The notes: generated from the sequence alone by a model not told the origin. A stretch of DNA of 63,148 nucleotides, filler included, from 7 parts of 7 records of this genome joined end to end with filler, not necessarily neighbours in it, one strand, 5' to 3'. Positions 41,003 through 51,461 are shown, counted from the first letter of the whole stretch. Made by a program: numbers and translations.

Positions 41003-41758
41003 ATGCACAATATCAAACGATATGCGAATCGTAAATTATACGACACCAAAACCAAGAAATACATCACCCTGGACAAAATCGCAATTCTTCTCAAGGGAGG
41101 CGAAGAGGTATCGGTTCTGGATAATAAAACCGGGGAAGACATCACAGCTGCCACGGTTTCCCAGATCCTTGCCCGGACCAAAAAGGGGCAAACGGATAAT
41201 GGCGCATCGAACGTCATGATCCAGCTCCTTCGAAAAGGTCCCGGCACACTGGTGGACTATGGGAAAAAATATATCTCATTATGGGATCGAGCACTCACCA
41301 TGGCCGATGAAGAAATCGACAGACTGGTGGAAAGACTCGTTAACGAAAAAGAAATCACACCCAGCGAAGGGAGCAGGCTCAAAAGAGATATGTTGAACCG
41401 GGCTGAGGACCTGAAAAAATGGATTTCGGAAAAGACCGACCAGAGGGTCAATGAAGCCCTCGATCTCATGAACCTGGCCAGCAGGGAACAGGTTTCCCAG
41501 CTCACGGAAAAGATCGATGCATTGACCCGTAAAGTCCAAAGACTTGAAAAAAAGCTGGCCCGGAAAGCCAGGGAAGAGACCGCCAGGAAAGAGGCGGAAA
41601 TGATGAAAAAGGATGCGGACCGCCTCACCGAGGAATCCCAGGCAAAGGTGATTCCCATCAGTAAAGAGGAACTTAAACCGGCAAAAGCATCCCAAGAGCC
41701 GGAGACGCTCAACCATACGGCATCATCGGACGACCGCACACAAAACATAAACCTTTAA
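41003..41758 (+). CDS. phaR: PHA accumulation regulator DNA-binding domain fused to a phasin-like coiled coil
   Basis: IKRYANRKLYDT..YITLD, DNKTGEDIT; C-terminal LASREQVSQLTEKIDAL; GGAGG RBS. Confidence 0.8.
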   Translation: MHNIKRYANRKLYDTKTKKYITLDKIAILLKGGEEVSVLDNKTGEDITAATVSQILARTKKGQTDNGASNVMIQLLRKGPGTLVDYGKKYISLWDRALTMADEEIDRLVERLVNEKEITPSEGSRLKRDMLNRAEDLKKWISEKTDQRVNEALDLMNLASREQVSQLTEKIDALTRKVQRLEKKLARKAREETARKEAEMMKKDADRLTEESQAKVIPISKEELKPAKASQEPETLNHTASSDDRTQNINL

Positions 41759-41875
41759 TCTTACATATCCTTTAAACTTTCTTCGAGGCTTCCCAAAACC
41801 AATCTTCATGGAGAAGCGGCCTTGTGTGAAACATCTCAGGCCGCTTCCCGTCTTCTATCCGTTTCGGCCTTATCC

Positions 41876-42020
41876 GGATCACGGGGATTTTACCCACCCC
41901 ATTGAACTTAGACTCTATCTTGAACCGGATGTGGCCAGGACAGCGGCCCGGTTCCGGACATCCGACGATGTGGATGCATTGACCGATCTTCTGGATCGCG
42001 CAGACATGTCCTTAATCTGG
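41876..42020 (+). pseudogene. FadR/GntR FCD-domain fragment
   Basis: IELRLYLEPDVARTAARFRTSDDVDAL without an HTH or the rest of the domain. Confidence 0.5.
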
Positions 42021-42138
42021 GCAAATACAGCCGGGAGTTGGGGGTCAGGGTGTGGGATATGGGCGAGCTTTTGTACGCAGCATTGGCCAAAGATGAAAAT
42101 GATGAGGAAACCAACCCATGCTGTTAAAACAAGACCGA

Positions 42139-42836
42139 ATGACCCCTTTCGAACGCATGGATGCCCTCTTCCACTACAAAACCCCCCACCGGGTGCCGTT
42201 GGGCGCCATGAGCACCGGGTTCAACACCCGTAACGCGGGATACTCCGTGGCGGACGCCTATAATGATCCTGAAAAGAGTTTCCGTGCCATCGTTTGATGG
42301 ATTTGGCCCTGGACCATATATTCGCCGTTCTGGGCTACTGGGTGGGACGTTCGGTGCGGACCGCACCTTCGCCTGGATGAGTTCCCCCGGTGAGTCCAAT
42401 CAGGTGGTCACCGAAACATGTGCAAGATTTTGCCCTCCCCTACCATATGGCGTACCATGAACGGTTAACGGCTTTGGGGGTCAAGCGGTTCGGGCTTCAT
42501 ATCTGCGGGGAGCAGAACCGGAACCTCCCCTTCCTGGCGGAGGCTTCTCCATGGCCTCATCCCAGCGTGCTCAGTTTCGGTCACGAGGTGGATCTGGAGA
42601 TCGCCGGAAAAACCTTTCCCCGGGATATCATCTTTGGAAATATCGAGCCTTCCGTCATTCAGTTGGGCACCCCCCGAAAGATCTATGAACTCTCAAAAAC
42701 CGCCATCCGGAAAGGGAGAAAAACCCCCGGCGGCTTCATTCTGGGGCCCGGCTGCGGACTTCCCGCAACGGCACCCCCGACAAATGTATATGCCATGACC
42801 AAAGCGGTTCATGACTTCGGGTGGTATGACGCATGA
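42139..42836 (+). pseudogene. Uroporphyrinogen decarboxylase / MtaA-CmuA family pseudogene
   Basis: N-terminus MTPFERMDAL..RVP stops at about 42297; middle deleted; frameshifted pieces lead to LHICG, FGNIEP, GFILGPGCG. Confidence 0.75.
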
Positions 42837-42903
42837 TGATACGGTAAAAGTCTAACGAGTAAACCAATCACCACTTCCCCCCCTATTCCCGTGAATATTT
42901 CCC

Positions 42904-42933
42904 TTGACTTCACTAAAATTTAAATATTATCAT
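42904..42933 (+). promoter_or_regulatory. Sigma70-like promoter
   Basis: TTGACT-N18-TATCAT. Confidence 0.4.
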
Positions 42934-43490
42934 AAATGCGTTTTTGTTCCATCAACATGAACCCTGACCGATCCCACTAGGTTTTCATATGGAGCACCCC
43001 CTCAAAAACTGCCGGCCCATCTTCTAAAATGTGATCTTTTCCTGTTGGTAGTGACCCGAAACCTGAAACGTCTCCCCTTACATTTCACAGCCAAACCTTT
43101 TAACGGCGAAGTGCCAAACAGCCACTTATGAACACCAGTTCTTTACAATCATTGGCAAACCTGATTCCAAGTCTTTTTTGATATAAAAGAGGTTTTGTTT
43201 TTTTGGAAGCTGAATTTTTATCGGCACCCCGTCGCCAGAGAGTTAGCGAATAATCCATAATCGGTCTGTTTGTGGAATGGAGTAGAGATGTTATTTCAGG
43301 AACAGCCGAACTTGAACTCACAAAAAACCGGATTTTATACATTTCCCACAAGATCACCGTTATCATGCAATAGTTGGAAAATTATCCATCTATTGTAACT
43401 GCCAGGCTCATACATGGCGGAAATTCCTCTATGACCCTGCAAAACAATAGATTGATACAATATGAAATTATGAAAATGAGGAGGCGGGTA

Positions 43491-44018
43491 ATGATTTTTC
43501 GATTATTCACAGGGTTGTTCATGCCAATTACGATTTTGCTGCTGTTGTGTGCTACAGCATTTGCTCAGGGTACACCTGGCAGCGACAGCATTTCCAACGG
43601 ACTCGACCTATTGCTCAAATTCTTTATGTTGGCGGTTGTTATAGAAGTGGCTTTTGCAACCATATTCCAATGGAAAGTCTATTTGAAATATCTCCATGAC
43701 AAAGGTTTTAAAACGCCCATAATTGTTGTCATGTCGTATATTTTTTGTAAAACCGCAAACTTGAACATCGTTGGGGAACTCGTTATGGTCCTCTTCGGCA
43801 CAGGCCATGAATTTAACAATGACATCGGTCTGTTCATAACCGCTCTGCTTCTGGCAGGAGGCAGTAGCGCAATGCACACCCTTTTCAGCAAACTCAAAAT
43901 CAGGGATCCAGATGCGGTCCAAAAACGAGCTGAGGACTTGCAGACTTCACTGGAAAAGAAAAAAGCCGTGGCAAACACTACCACTGAAGGAGTTTGGAAA
44001 TGGATACCGCGTCGTTGA
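43491..44018 (+). CDS. Hypothetical membrane protein (signal peptide plus about 3 TM, holin-like)
   Basis: GAGGAGG RBS; ATAFA-Q cleavage site; ITALLLAGGSSAMHTLF motif; charged C-terminal tail. Confidence 0.75.
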   Translation: MIFRLFTGLFMPITILLLLCATAFAQGTPGSDSISNGLDLLLKFFMLAVVIEVAFATIFQWKVYLKYLHDKGFKTPIIVVMSYIFCKTANLNIVGELVMVLFGTGHEFNNDIGLFITALLLAGGSSAMHTLFSKLKIRDPDAVQKRAEDLQTSLEKKKAVANTTTEGVWKWIPRR

Positions 44019-45859
44019 TCCTGTTTGGAATTCGTGCAGTAGTCAGATTGGGTGAAGCAAGCTTCAAAGCATATGTCGATATGACTAGAAATCGTGATCT
44101 AGTAATGCCCTTACCGGACGATTTCCTTCAGCCGCCACCGGAGCTGGCCTACGGATTCTTTTACGACACTCGCGGGGATGGTCGTCAGTTCTATGATCCG
44201 AATCTGTTTGACGACCCGATATTCGATAAACCCTGGCCGCGCGTCGTTGCGCTAAAAAAAGAGTTTTCCGACCTCACAGAGGAGCAGAAAGCTGAATTGG
44301 TCTCACTGGCCCAGGAGGGGAAACGCCTTATTGCAGTTGCAAAAAAGAGTTATGCCGTCCTCGATAAGCAACCCATCCCTGTCAACGACATGATTGCATT
44401 GACGACAATCACTGGTTGGCAGGAGGGGCAATCAAGCCTGACAGCGATACAACACGTTGCCGGAACCCTTATCGAGATAGGGGTTGATTATGCTGTTCAA
44501 GATCCCAGCTTGTTTGACACCAAGTCAACTGTTGGAAAAACCCTCTATATGTTTATTAATAAACTCGATGAGATTCCATTCTCGGATGTTGACCTTGACG
44601 AGCTGTCGGCCCGATTGTTCGTAGCAGTATTGGAGACTGCCTCCACAAACCCCGAAATTTTTACAGGAGACAAGCGGACCCAAACCCTTGTCAGTAGTGC
44701 TGGGAAAAAGGTTGCCTTGCTCGTATCCGAGCGGATTAAATCCATCAACGAACTGGATTTAACCGTCACAGAGAAACGCGCACGCCGAAAAGATATGGAA
44801 GAGTGGGGAGAATTGGTCTTCCGAGGTATATTAGACTCAGCGGGGCGGCTAGCCCTATCGGAGCCGGGGCAGTTTTTAGAAATAGAGGACATTGGTACAC
44901 AGGAATTCATAAGCCGGGTAGGAAAAGATGTCATCGATTTCATGCTCGGTCAGAATAATGTGAGCTTGGATCCGGTTTTCAGCCGAGAGGGTACCGAACG
45001 ATTGATGCGAACTGCCCTCGATGTAGTGGCCAAACACCCGAAACTGGTGACGGGATCGGCGGACAAGACCGCTTTAAACAACATCCTGACCGGAGTGGCG
45101 AAAGAACTGTGCATATCAGAAGACAAGCTTCTCAGGAATGACCTCCTTCCAGACGTCGTTTGCCTGGTTCTTGAAAAGACCGGAGATAACCTAAGCCTCC
45201 TGTGGCCCACAGCCCCGAATTCGCCGGAAAGGAATGTTCTCCTTGTTGCCGCCAAGTCGATTCTCAAGTCGGTCAGCCAGTCAACGGCTGATGGAACTTG
45301 GCCCCCTGACTTTTCCGAGGAGGAAATGTTGTTCGTCCTAGAATCGGTTTTTAATGAGGTAAAAAGAAATCCTGCATGGATCTCAGATGAGATCGCATTT
45401 CTAGAGTCAGCTCTAACAAGAGTGTTGGACGAGACCTTGAAGACGATTCAAAATCAAAAGGTCTCCCTGACCAGGAAGACCCGTGTCGCCATCCTTGGGA
45501 ATGTCGTCAAAGGAGTTGCACTTCGAAGGGAATTTTTTGCTGACTTCGTTCACGGAGGCACGGTGCAACCAATAGTCGTTGCCGCAGTTGATGCGGTACT
45601 CTCAACCGTATTTGAGACGGATGACGCAAACGTCAGATGGCAGCTTTTTCGCGATGATTTGCTGGAGGGCCTGATGGAGGTCACCATATACGAGCTGGCC
45701 AAGTCCAGAGCTGATGCGGGCGCTATCGAAGAATTGAAACAGGTGCTCTCAGACTTTATCGGAGAGATTAAGAAAGGCAAGACCATCAATCTGGATGTGC
45801 TCCGAAATGCGCTTAACAGCCGCCTGGGGAGCGGCATCGCAATGGAGGTTAACCAATGA
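44000..45859 (+). CDS. Large hypothetical helical protein (about 620 aa)
   Basis: GAAGGAG RBS; long ORF overlapping the upstream gene; no motif recognised. Confidence 0.85.
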   Translation: MDTASLILFGIRAVVRLGEASFKAYVDMTRNRDLVMPLPDDFLQPPPELAYGFFYDTRGDGRQFYDPNLFDDPIFDKPWPRVVALKKEFSDLTEEQKAELVSLAQEGKRLIAVAKKSYAVLDKQPIPVNDMIALTTITGWQEGQSSLTAIQHVAGTLIEIGVDYAVQDPSLFDTKSTVGKTLYMFINKLDEIPFSDVDLDELSARLFVAVLETASTNPEIFTGDKRTQTLVSSAGKKVALLVSERIKSINELDLTVTEKRARRKDMEEWGELVFRGILDSAGRLALSEPGQFLEIEDIGTQEFISRVGKDVIDFMLGQNNVSLDPVFSREGTERLMRTALDVVAKHPKLVTGSADKTALNNILTGVAKELCISEDKLLRNDLLPDVVCLVLEKTGDNLSLLWPTAPNSPERNVLLVAAKSILKSVSQSTADGTWPPDFSEEEMLFVLESVFNEVKRNPAWISDEIAFLESALTRVLDETLKTIQNQKVSLTRKTRVAILGNVVKGVALRREFFADFVHGGTVQPIVVAAVDAVLSTVFETDDANVRWQLFRDDLLEGLMEVTIYELAKSRADAGAIEELKQVLSDFIGEIKKGKTINLDVLRNALNSRLGSGIAMEVNQ

Positions 45860-45875
45860 AAATAAAAAAAATTCA

Positions 45876-46724
45876 ATGTCTTGCAGAATTCTTGTAATCA
45901 TCGTCCTCCTGGCCTGGTTTACCTGTATTACTCTCGGATGCGAAAGCATCGGCCATTTGCGCCAAGCGCAGGATGCATTCAACAATGCAGCGATAATCGA
46001 ATGGCAGATGAACTATGATGATTCCTTAGCTGGGAAGGACTCGAACGATTTAATCGATGCGGTGAAAACGCGCAATCAGGCCCGAACCCTATATGCCGCC
46101 TCCTTGGCGCATTTGGACCTTATTTCTCAAAAAGAAGAGGAATCCCTGAAAAAAAACCGGTTATATGGAACCGTCCTGACGCTGAAAGCACTCTGCTACT
46201 GGAAATTGAAGGAGTACGAGAAAGCGCTGGAAGTTAAAAAGGAAGCCGATACTTTAGACGACAAACAGATAATTCCCCGAGACAAGCAGATCATCCGACT
46301 CTTGACAGCCCTTATTGCCATCGACGAAACACTTCCGATTGTAGAGGGAATGTCCGGTAAAAAGGAAACCATTAAAAAAGAGGATTTTAATCGAATTAAA
46401 GAGATTCTCCTGGAAAGTGATGAGAAAGATTGTGCTGCAGTATGTACTATCGACTCTGTACTGAATAATCCAACCCTCGACAAAGCAATGAGAATATACG
46501 CCCAACAAATCAAGCTTATGGCGCTTAAGCGCTATTTCGACGCTTACCGGGTATTGAACGTGGGTGAATGCCCGCCTGAGACAAGCAATCAATGGATAAT
46601 GGCTAGAAAGACCTTGAGCGAACTGCAGAAAACAGCGGGTGGCAGCGCCAATGCTGCCCCTGTGAAAATTGTGGACTCGTGGATCACGAAAATCGGTTGC
46701 GGTATAAGTATTAATAGTGAATAG
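45876..46724 (+). CDS. Hypothetical TPR-like lipoprotein
   Basis: Hydrophobic stretch and lipobox TLG-C; TPR-like LKALCYWKLKEYEKAL; alternative start at 45856 is out of frame across an A8 tract. Confidence 0.75.
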   Translation: MSCRILVIIVLLAWFTCITLGCESIGHLRQAQDAFNNAAIIEWQMNYDDSLAGKDSNDLIDAVKTRNQARTLYAASLAHLDLISQKEEESLKKNRLYGTVLTLKALCYWKLKEYEKALEVKKEADTLDDKQIIPRDKQIIRLLTALIAIDETLPIVEGMSGKKETIKKEDFNRIKEILLESDEKDCAAVCTIDSVLNNPTLDKAMRIYAQQIKLMALKRYFDAYRVLNVGECPPETSNQWIMARKTLSELQKTAGGSANAAPVKIVDSWITKIGCGISINSE

Positions 46725-46788
46725 GACCCTTTATTACTTCTGTTTCACAAATGCCAATTCGTTACGCAAACTTAAGGAGGAGAGCATC

Positions 46789-47610
46789 ATGGCTAAACCT
46801 AGTAATAAGTTTGAGAAACTCGCTGGTGTACCCGTCCACTACGATAGACTGGCTCCACCAAACAACTACGGTACAAGGGGAAGACCAACCAATTTCCATG
46901 CCACAGAAGAATTTCAGAATAAACTTGACAAGTGCTTTACTGAATTATGGAGATTGTGTCCTTTAGGAATGCCTGAAGTGATTACTTCAGCCGGAGCATA
47001 CACGGCAAAACCTGGTTGGCATGGTAAAGGAAGAGCTTTCGATCTTGATGGGATATTTTGGTCAAACAAATCGTTCGTTACGCTTCAGTACCCAACTGAT
47101 CCAAAGTTCTACTTAGGGGTGGACGCTGTCCTTAGAAAACATTTTGGCACAGTATTAAATTATCACTATAACGCTTCTCACAAAGATCATTTTCACATTC
47201 AAGATGACGGTAAGACCGTTGGGTTTAGGAAAGTTCGATCTATCATCGTATTTCTTCAAGCGGCTTTGTTAGAAATCTTCAATGATGATGTCGAAATTAA
47301 TGGCAGGTGGGACTTTAAGACTGAAGTGGCAATTGGTCGGAGTTTTGAAATATTGGATATTGACGGCGATTTCTCAGAGATAGAAAACTGGTTGGGATTT
47401 CTAACAAAAACAGCAGCGCGAGCTTTTGGAACATCATTTAGGGCTCCAAGTGATGCTGAAGACACTCCATTAGAACTTATTGAAGAATTGTACCATGTCC
47501 TTGACGAAGAATTAGCCAACTCGGAATCACGGAAAATCGTTGAGAGCGTGTTGAATCGATTTGCTGAACATGAGGAAACAGAGAAATGGTTAGACACTTT
47601 CAGAATTTAG
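46789..47610 (+). CDS. LAS-type zinc peptidase (extensin-like/M15) with putative PG-binding domain
   Basis: AAGGAGG RBS; H-x6-D (WHGKGRAFDLD) and HxH (HKDHFHI); FLQAAL..INGRW..T PG-binding-like helices. Confidence 0.75.
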   Translation: MAKPSNKFEKLAGVPVHYDRLAPPNNYGTRGRPTNFHATEEFQNKLDKCFTELWRLCPLGMPEVITSAGAYTAKPGWHGKGRAFDLDGIFWSNKSFVTLQYPTDPKFYLGVDAVLRKHFGTVLNYHYNASHKDHFHIQDDGKTVGFRKVRSIIVFLQAALLEIFNDDVEINGRWDFKTEVAIGRSFEILDIDGDFSEIENWLGFLTKTAARAFGTSFRAPSDAEDTPLELIEELYHVLDEELANSESRKIVESVLNRFAEHEETEKWLDTFRI

Positions 47611-47697
47611 AAAAAGGGCTCAGAGTACGGGCTTAAGATTTTGCATTTGTATTTGTCCCGACTCCGACAACCTCGACAATAACTGAAAGGATGTATC

Positions 47698-48999
47698 ATG
47701 AAAATTGCTATTGTAAGTGATATACATGTTGGCGATGAGCAATGCGCTCTTGTTGATAGCAAAACGTATCAGTTGACGAACGACTACCAAAAGTTTCGGG
47801 ATGGTGTTGGCCATGGTAATGATTTTCTTGTGCTGACCGGTGATATCCTTGATTTTTCTGTTTCGCTCTACCAGGGAACCTATGAATGCGCCCGAACATT
47901 TTTTAAAAAGGTTTTGGAAGATGATTTAGCCAAAGAATTCATCTATCTTCCTGGAAACCATGACACTAATGTTTGGCATACCATTGAGCACGAGACCAAC
48001 ATCATCAATCAGATGGGACATGGCCAGCAGGTCCGTCGATTTCGCCACTCAGTGCCAGCCATTCTTGACGACCGGCAACAGGACGACTGGGATAAATTTT
48101 TACTTTATGGGGTTAATCCGAAACACAGGGGGGCCAATGCCAAATATGGCGGCTTATATTTGGATCAACTTATTGATGGTGATTCTGTCTTTAATGTTGC
48201 TCATCCAAACCTCTATCTCATTTCGGATGATGGCAAAGGGACACTTATAACACATGGTCACTATTTCGAGCAATACTGGACGATGGCAAGCTGGCTTGCA
48301 CTGGCCGTTGCCTCCGATGATCTTGCCATCGGCGCACTAGATGTTAATGAGTTGGTCGGCATTAATTTTCCCCTCGTTCAATTGGCCTGTACGGGAGTCG
48401 GTCAGTCAGGCCCGCTGAATCCCGCTATAAACGACGTACAGAAAGATGTAAAAAGCGGCGAGCTTAAATTGGTTAGTAAATATCTTTCCAGACTAAAAAA
48501 GACTATCGATGATTACTGGGATTTCGAACGTTTTGATAATTGGCTAAGATTTCTGAATATTAAGGAAAAACTGTCAGATAAGCTTCTCGATTTCATGGAA
48601 GATTATATCAAGGATAAGGTGAAGGAAATTGCGGAAAATGAAGGTGGTGGCGCGCGTGGAGACGCGAAATTCCAATATAAGCAGGATGTTCAAAAAAGGA
48701 TGGGGACCTTTTATCTGGCTTCCCTGGTAGAGCTCAAGGAGATTAACGATGATGCAAAATGCAATTTGTCGGGCTTGCCTGATCCTGAAACTATCGTGTT
48801 CGGCCATACTCACATTCCGAATCCCTGGGAGGAAAACCAAAAGCTTTCTACTCTTCCTTTCGAAGTGACAGGGGGGCGGATCATCCAGCTTATGAACTGC
48901 GGTGGATGGCTTAAAGACGAAAACGGAGACTTTCGCGGTGCTAATGTCTTCAAGTATGAAACGGGAATGCCCCGACCCGAAACAATAATGGTGAGATAG
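47698..48999 (+). CDS. Calcineurin-like metallophosphoesterase
   Basis: SDIH, TGDILD, PGNHD, THGH, FGHTH, NCGGW. Confidence 0.88.
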   Translation: MKIAIVSDIHVGDEQCALVDSKTYQLTNDYQKFRDGVGHGNDFLVLTGDILDFSVSLYQGTYECARTFFKKVLEDDLAKEFIYLPGNHDTNVWHTIEHETNIINQMGHGQQVRRFRHSVPAILDDRQQDDWDKFLLYGVNPKHRGANAKYGGLYLDQLIDGDSVFNVAHPNLYLISDDGKGTLITHGHYFEQYWTMASWLALAVASDDLAIGALDVNELVGINFPLVQLACTGVGQSGPLNPAINDVQKDVKSGELKLVSKYLSRLKKTIDDYWDFERFDNWLRFLNIKEKLSDKLLDFMEDYIKDKVKEIAENEGGGARGDAKFQYKQDVQKRMGTFYLASLVELKEINDDAKCNLSGLPDPETIVFGHTHIPNPWEENQKLSTLPFEVTGGRIIQLMNCGGWLKDENGDFRGANVFKYETGMPRPETIMVR

Positions 49000-49294
49000 G
49001 GATGATCATTGTGAATCGGGTGATGCTATTCAGTACCCACCTTGCAAAGACATACATCATCAGGTGTGGGATGTGGTGACGCCCTTAACTTATGAATGTG
49101 ACGAGTTGGCCGGGGTTGGAGCAAGTTGGATGCCCTATTATCGCAGGTTTAAGTTAAAAACAGGGACATTCTTCGGTCTTAAGTTGATGTTTTTGTGGTG
49201 GAAAAGAGCGGTTTGAGAAAACATATTGCAAAGGCCCAACATAGAAGGCTAATTATTGTTGGATTTCAAAGGAAGAGAGACGGTTTGAAAGGGT

Positions 49295-50041
49295 ATGGAT
49301 ATGACAACACCAAAGGACAAGTTGCAGCAACTGCTTGAAAAGGCACCAGATGACAGCTCTTATGAAGAACTGTCACATGTGTTAGCGTCTGGTGGCGGCA
49401 TGGTGCGGCGCGGACTGGTCGAAAACATCATTCAGTTCGTAGAACCGAAATCACGAAGAGAAAAAAACACTCTGTTTTACTCATGCCTAATTCTTGTCGT
49501 TTTCATGCTAGCCCCCATAGGCGTTCTACTTTGGAGTCTACTAATTGGAGGAGGCAAAATGCAGGCCGAGTATCCCGGGGGGAAAATCTTGATAGAGTTG
49601 CCTATACAAAATGAAACAAGCGCCTACGGGAGGCTTAGATACACACAGAATCTTTTACCTATAGGAAACGCGGCAATCCAATTTGGCTCTATTGAAATGA
49701 ACATCACCGGCTCACCAACAAAAGGATGGCAGAGAATCAGTTTTGAAAAACCATTTTCTAGTGATGACGTTGCTGTGTCGGTTTCCACTAGCAACCAACC
49801 GGATAATGACTACGCAATCCAGACGAGGGATATTGATCGATTTGGTTTTGATGTAAAGTACGCCATAGATGAACATGATCGCGTTTTCAAGGATTGGCTG
49901 AAAAAAAATGCTGCAACCATCCCCTCTAATGTTCCTCCGATAAAAGGCGCGTGGGAACAAAGGATTACTAAAAATCTACGTATGACATATATGGCCTTCG
50001 GGCCATTTAAAGATTTAAAAATACCAGGTACCGGAACTTAG
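49295..50041 (+). CDS. Hypothetical single-TM protein with a beta-rich (H-type lectin/gp53-like) C-terminal domain
   Basis: One TM (LILVVFMLAPIGVLLWSLL); IQFGS..ISFEKPFS..VSVS..GF..YMAFG pattern. Confidence 0.6.
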   Translation: MDMTTPKDKLQQLLEKAPDDSSYEELSHVLASGGGMVRRGLVENIIQFVEPKSRREKNTLFYSCLILVVFMLAPIGVLLWSLLIGGGKMQAEYPGGKILIELPIQNETSAYGRLRYTQNLLPIGNAAIQFGSIEMNITGSPTKGWQRISFEKPFSSDDVAVSVSTSNQPDNDYAIQTRDIDRFGFDVKYAIDEHDRVFKDWLKKNAATIPSNVPPIKGAWEQRITKNLRMTYMAFGPFKDLKIPGTGT

Positions 50042-50192
50042 AGGGAATCTGATTACACATTTGTACTTGGCCAGCAAGCGAAATTTTCCGGAAATTCAAA
50101 AACGAATTATACTCGTTTTAAGCTTGTTCCCATTGGAAAATTTGAATGCAGGTTATTGGCTGTAAATTTTGAACTGGGCAGGAGGGCATATC

Positions 50193-50776
50193 ATGGGTAT
50201 GGTCAGTGTCAACGGGATTGAATTATACAGAGAGGTACACGGAAATGGGGAGCCTTTGGTCCTGATTGCAGGGTTGACGGCACACAGCCAACATTGGTCA
50301 AACCAGGTTCCTGTCTTTTCAAAGCATTTCAAAACCATCCTGCTTGACAACCGGAATTCGGGTCGCAGTGATGTGACGGATCAAGGCAGTATCAAGTTGA
50401 TGGCAGACGATGTGTTGGGCCTGATGGATGCCCTCCAAGTTGACCGTGCCCACCTGGTTGGCCGCTCCATGGGGGGCTACATCGCACAGCAGGTCGCCAT
50501 CAGCCATCCGGAAAGAGTGAACCGGCTGGTTCTGGAGTCAACGGCACCGGTGTCTTCCACGCGAAACAACCTCCTCTTATCACATCTTCTCCAACTAAGA
50601 GAGCAAGGCCTTGGCATGAGGGACCTCTTGAAGGATTTTCTCTTCTGGATGAACCCGCCTCTCGTCATAAATGATCCAAAGGCCTTTGAGCAGACCATTG
50701 AAGAAATTCTCTCAGATCCCTATTTTCAGTCGTTGGAGGGCTTTAGAACTTACATTTCGCACGATTGGAGCATAGT
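50193..50776 (+). CDS. Alpha/beta hydrolase (enol-lactonase-like), 3' partial
   Basis: HGNGEPLVLIAG, DNRNSGRSD, GRSMGG nucleophile elbow. Confidence 0.9.
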
Positions 50777-50876
50777 NNNNNNNNNNNNNNNNNNNNNNNN
50801 NNNNNNNNNNNNNNNNNNNNTTAATTAATTAANNNNNNNNNNNNNNNNNNNNNNNNNNNNNNNNNNNNNNNNNNNN
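50777..50876. other. Artificial contig spacer
   Basis: N44-TTAATTAATTAA-N44. Confidence 0.99.
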
Positions 50877-51224
50877 CAAACAGCTCCTTCAGTTGCCCGA
50901 TCTTCGGCTGTTAACCTATACGGAGATGGGTTGGGACAATCACCAGGATGTGGTTTCGTGTATTAACGAACCCTTTGATTTGAGGATAAGACGCGTTCTT
51001 TGAACAAGAGTATCGGGATGTTTTGCGTGGGGACCATTTTTTTCTGTTTATAAGATGCGTTTATGAAGATCCTCCAGGCGACTTCGAGTTCCTTTTAGAA
51101 AAAAACAGAATTTTAACTTTTGAAACCGCTGTGGCATTTCTTCAATCCGGGGCTTGACCCCTCGCCCATTCAACACTCACATGAATTTCATTCATTACCT
51201 ACGAAAAGCGTTCCCCCAAATACC

Positions 51225-51461
51225 TTATAATGAGCAGGCTTCTGCTACACTATCATGATTCAATGTCAATATTTTTTTTATCAAAGACAGGAAGGATGGG
51301 TAAAGAACACGATTCCCATAAGCGCTAAGATGGTCCCCATCAAAAAACAAGGGTTTGTCTTGATCGAATGCAGAGCATAGATCAGTTTGGCATAGTATTG
51401 GGAATGGATCCCAAACAACTAAGCTCGGAAACTCATTCGTCAAAATATTCAATGAATGCAT
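51225..51461 (-). pseudogene. C-terminal fragment of an SGNH domain (OafA/OatA acyltransferase type)
   Basis: WDPFPILC..C..LFFDGDHLSAYG (DxxH) with no upstream catalytic Ser block. Confidence 0.6.

Noticed and set aside
42934-43490. Long leader as a riboswitch or ncRNA
   Set aside because: No recognisable riboswitch consensus or strong stems by eye; needs an Rfam search
50877-51003. Possible 3' end of a gene at the contig start
   Set aside because: About 41 codons with no identifiable motif
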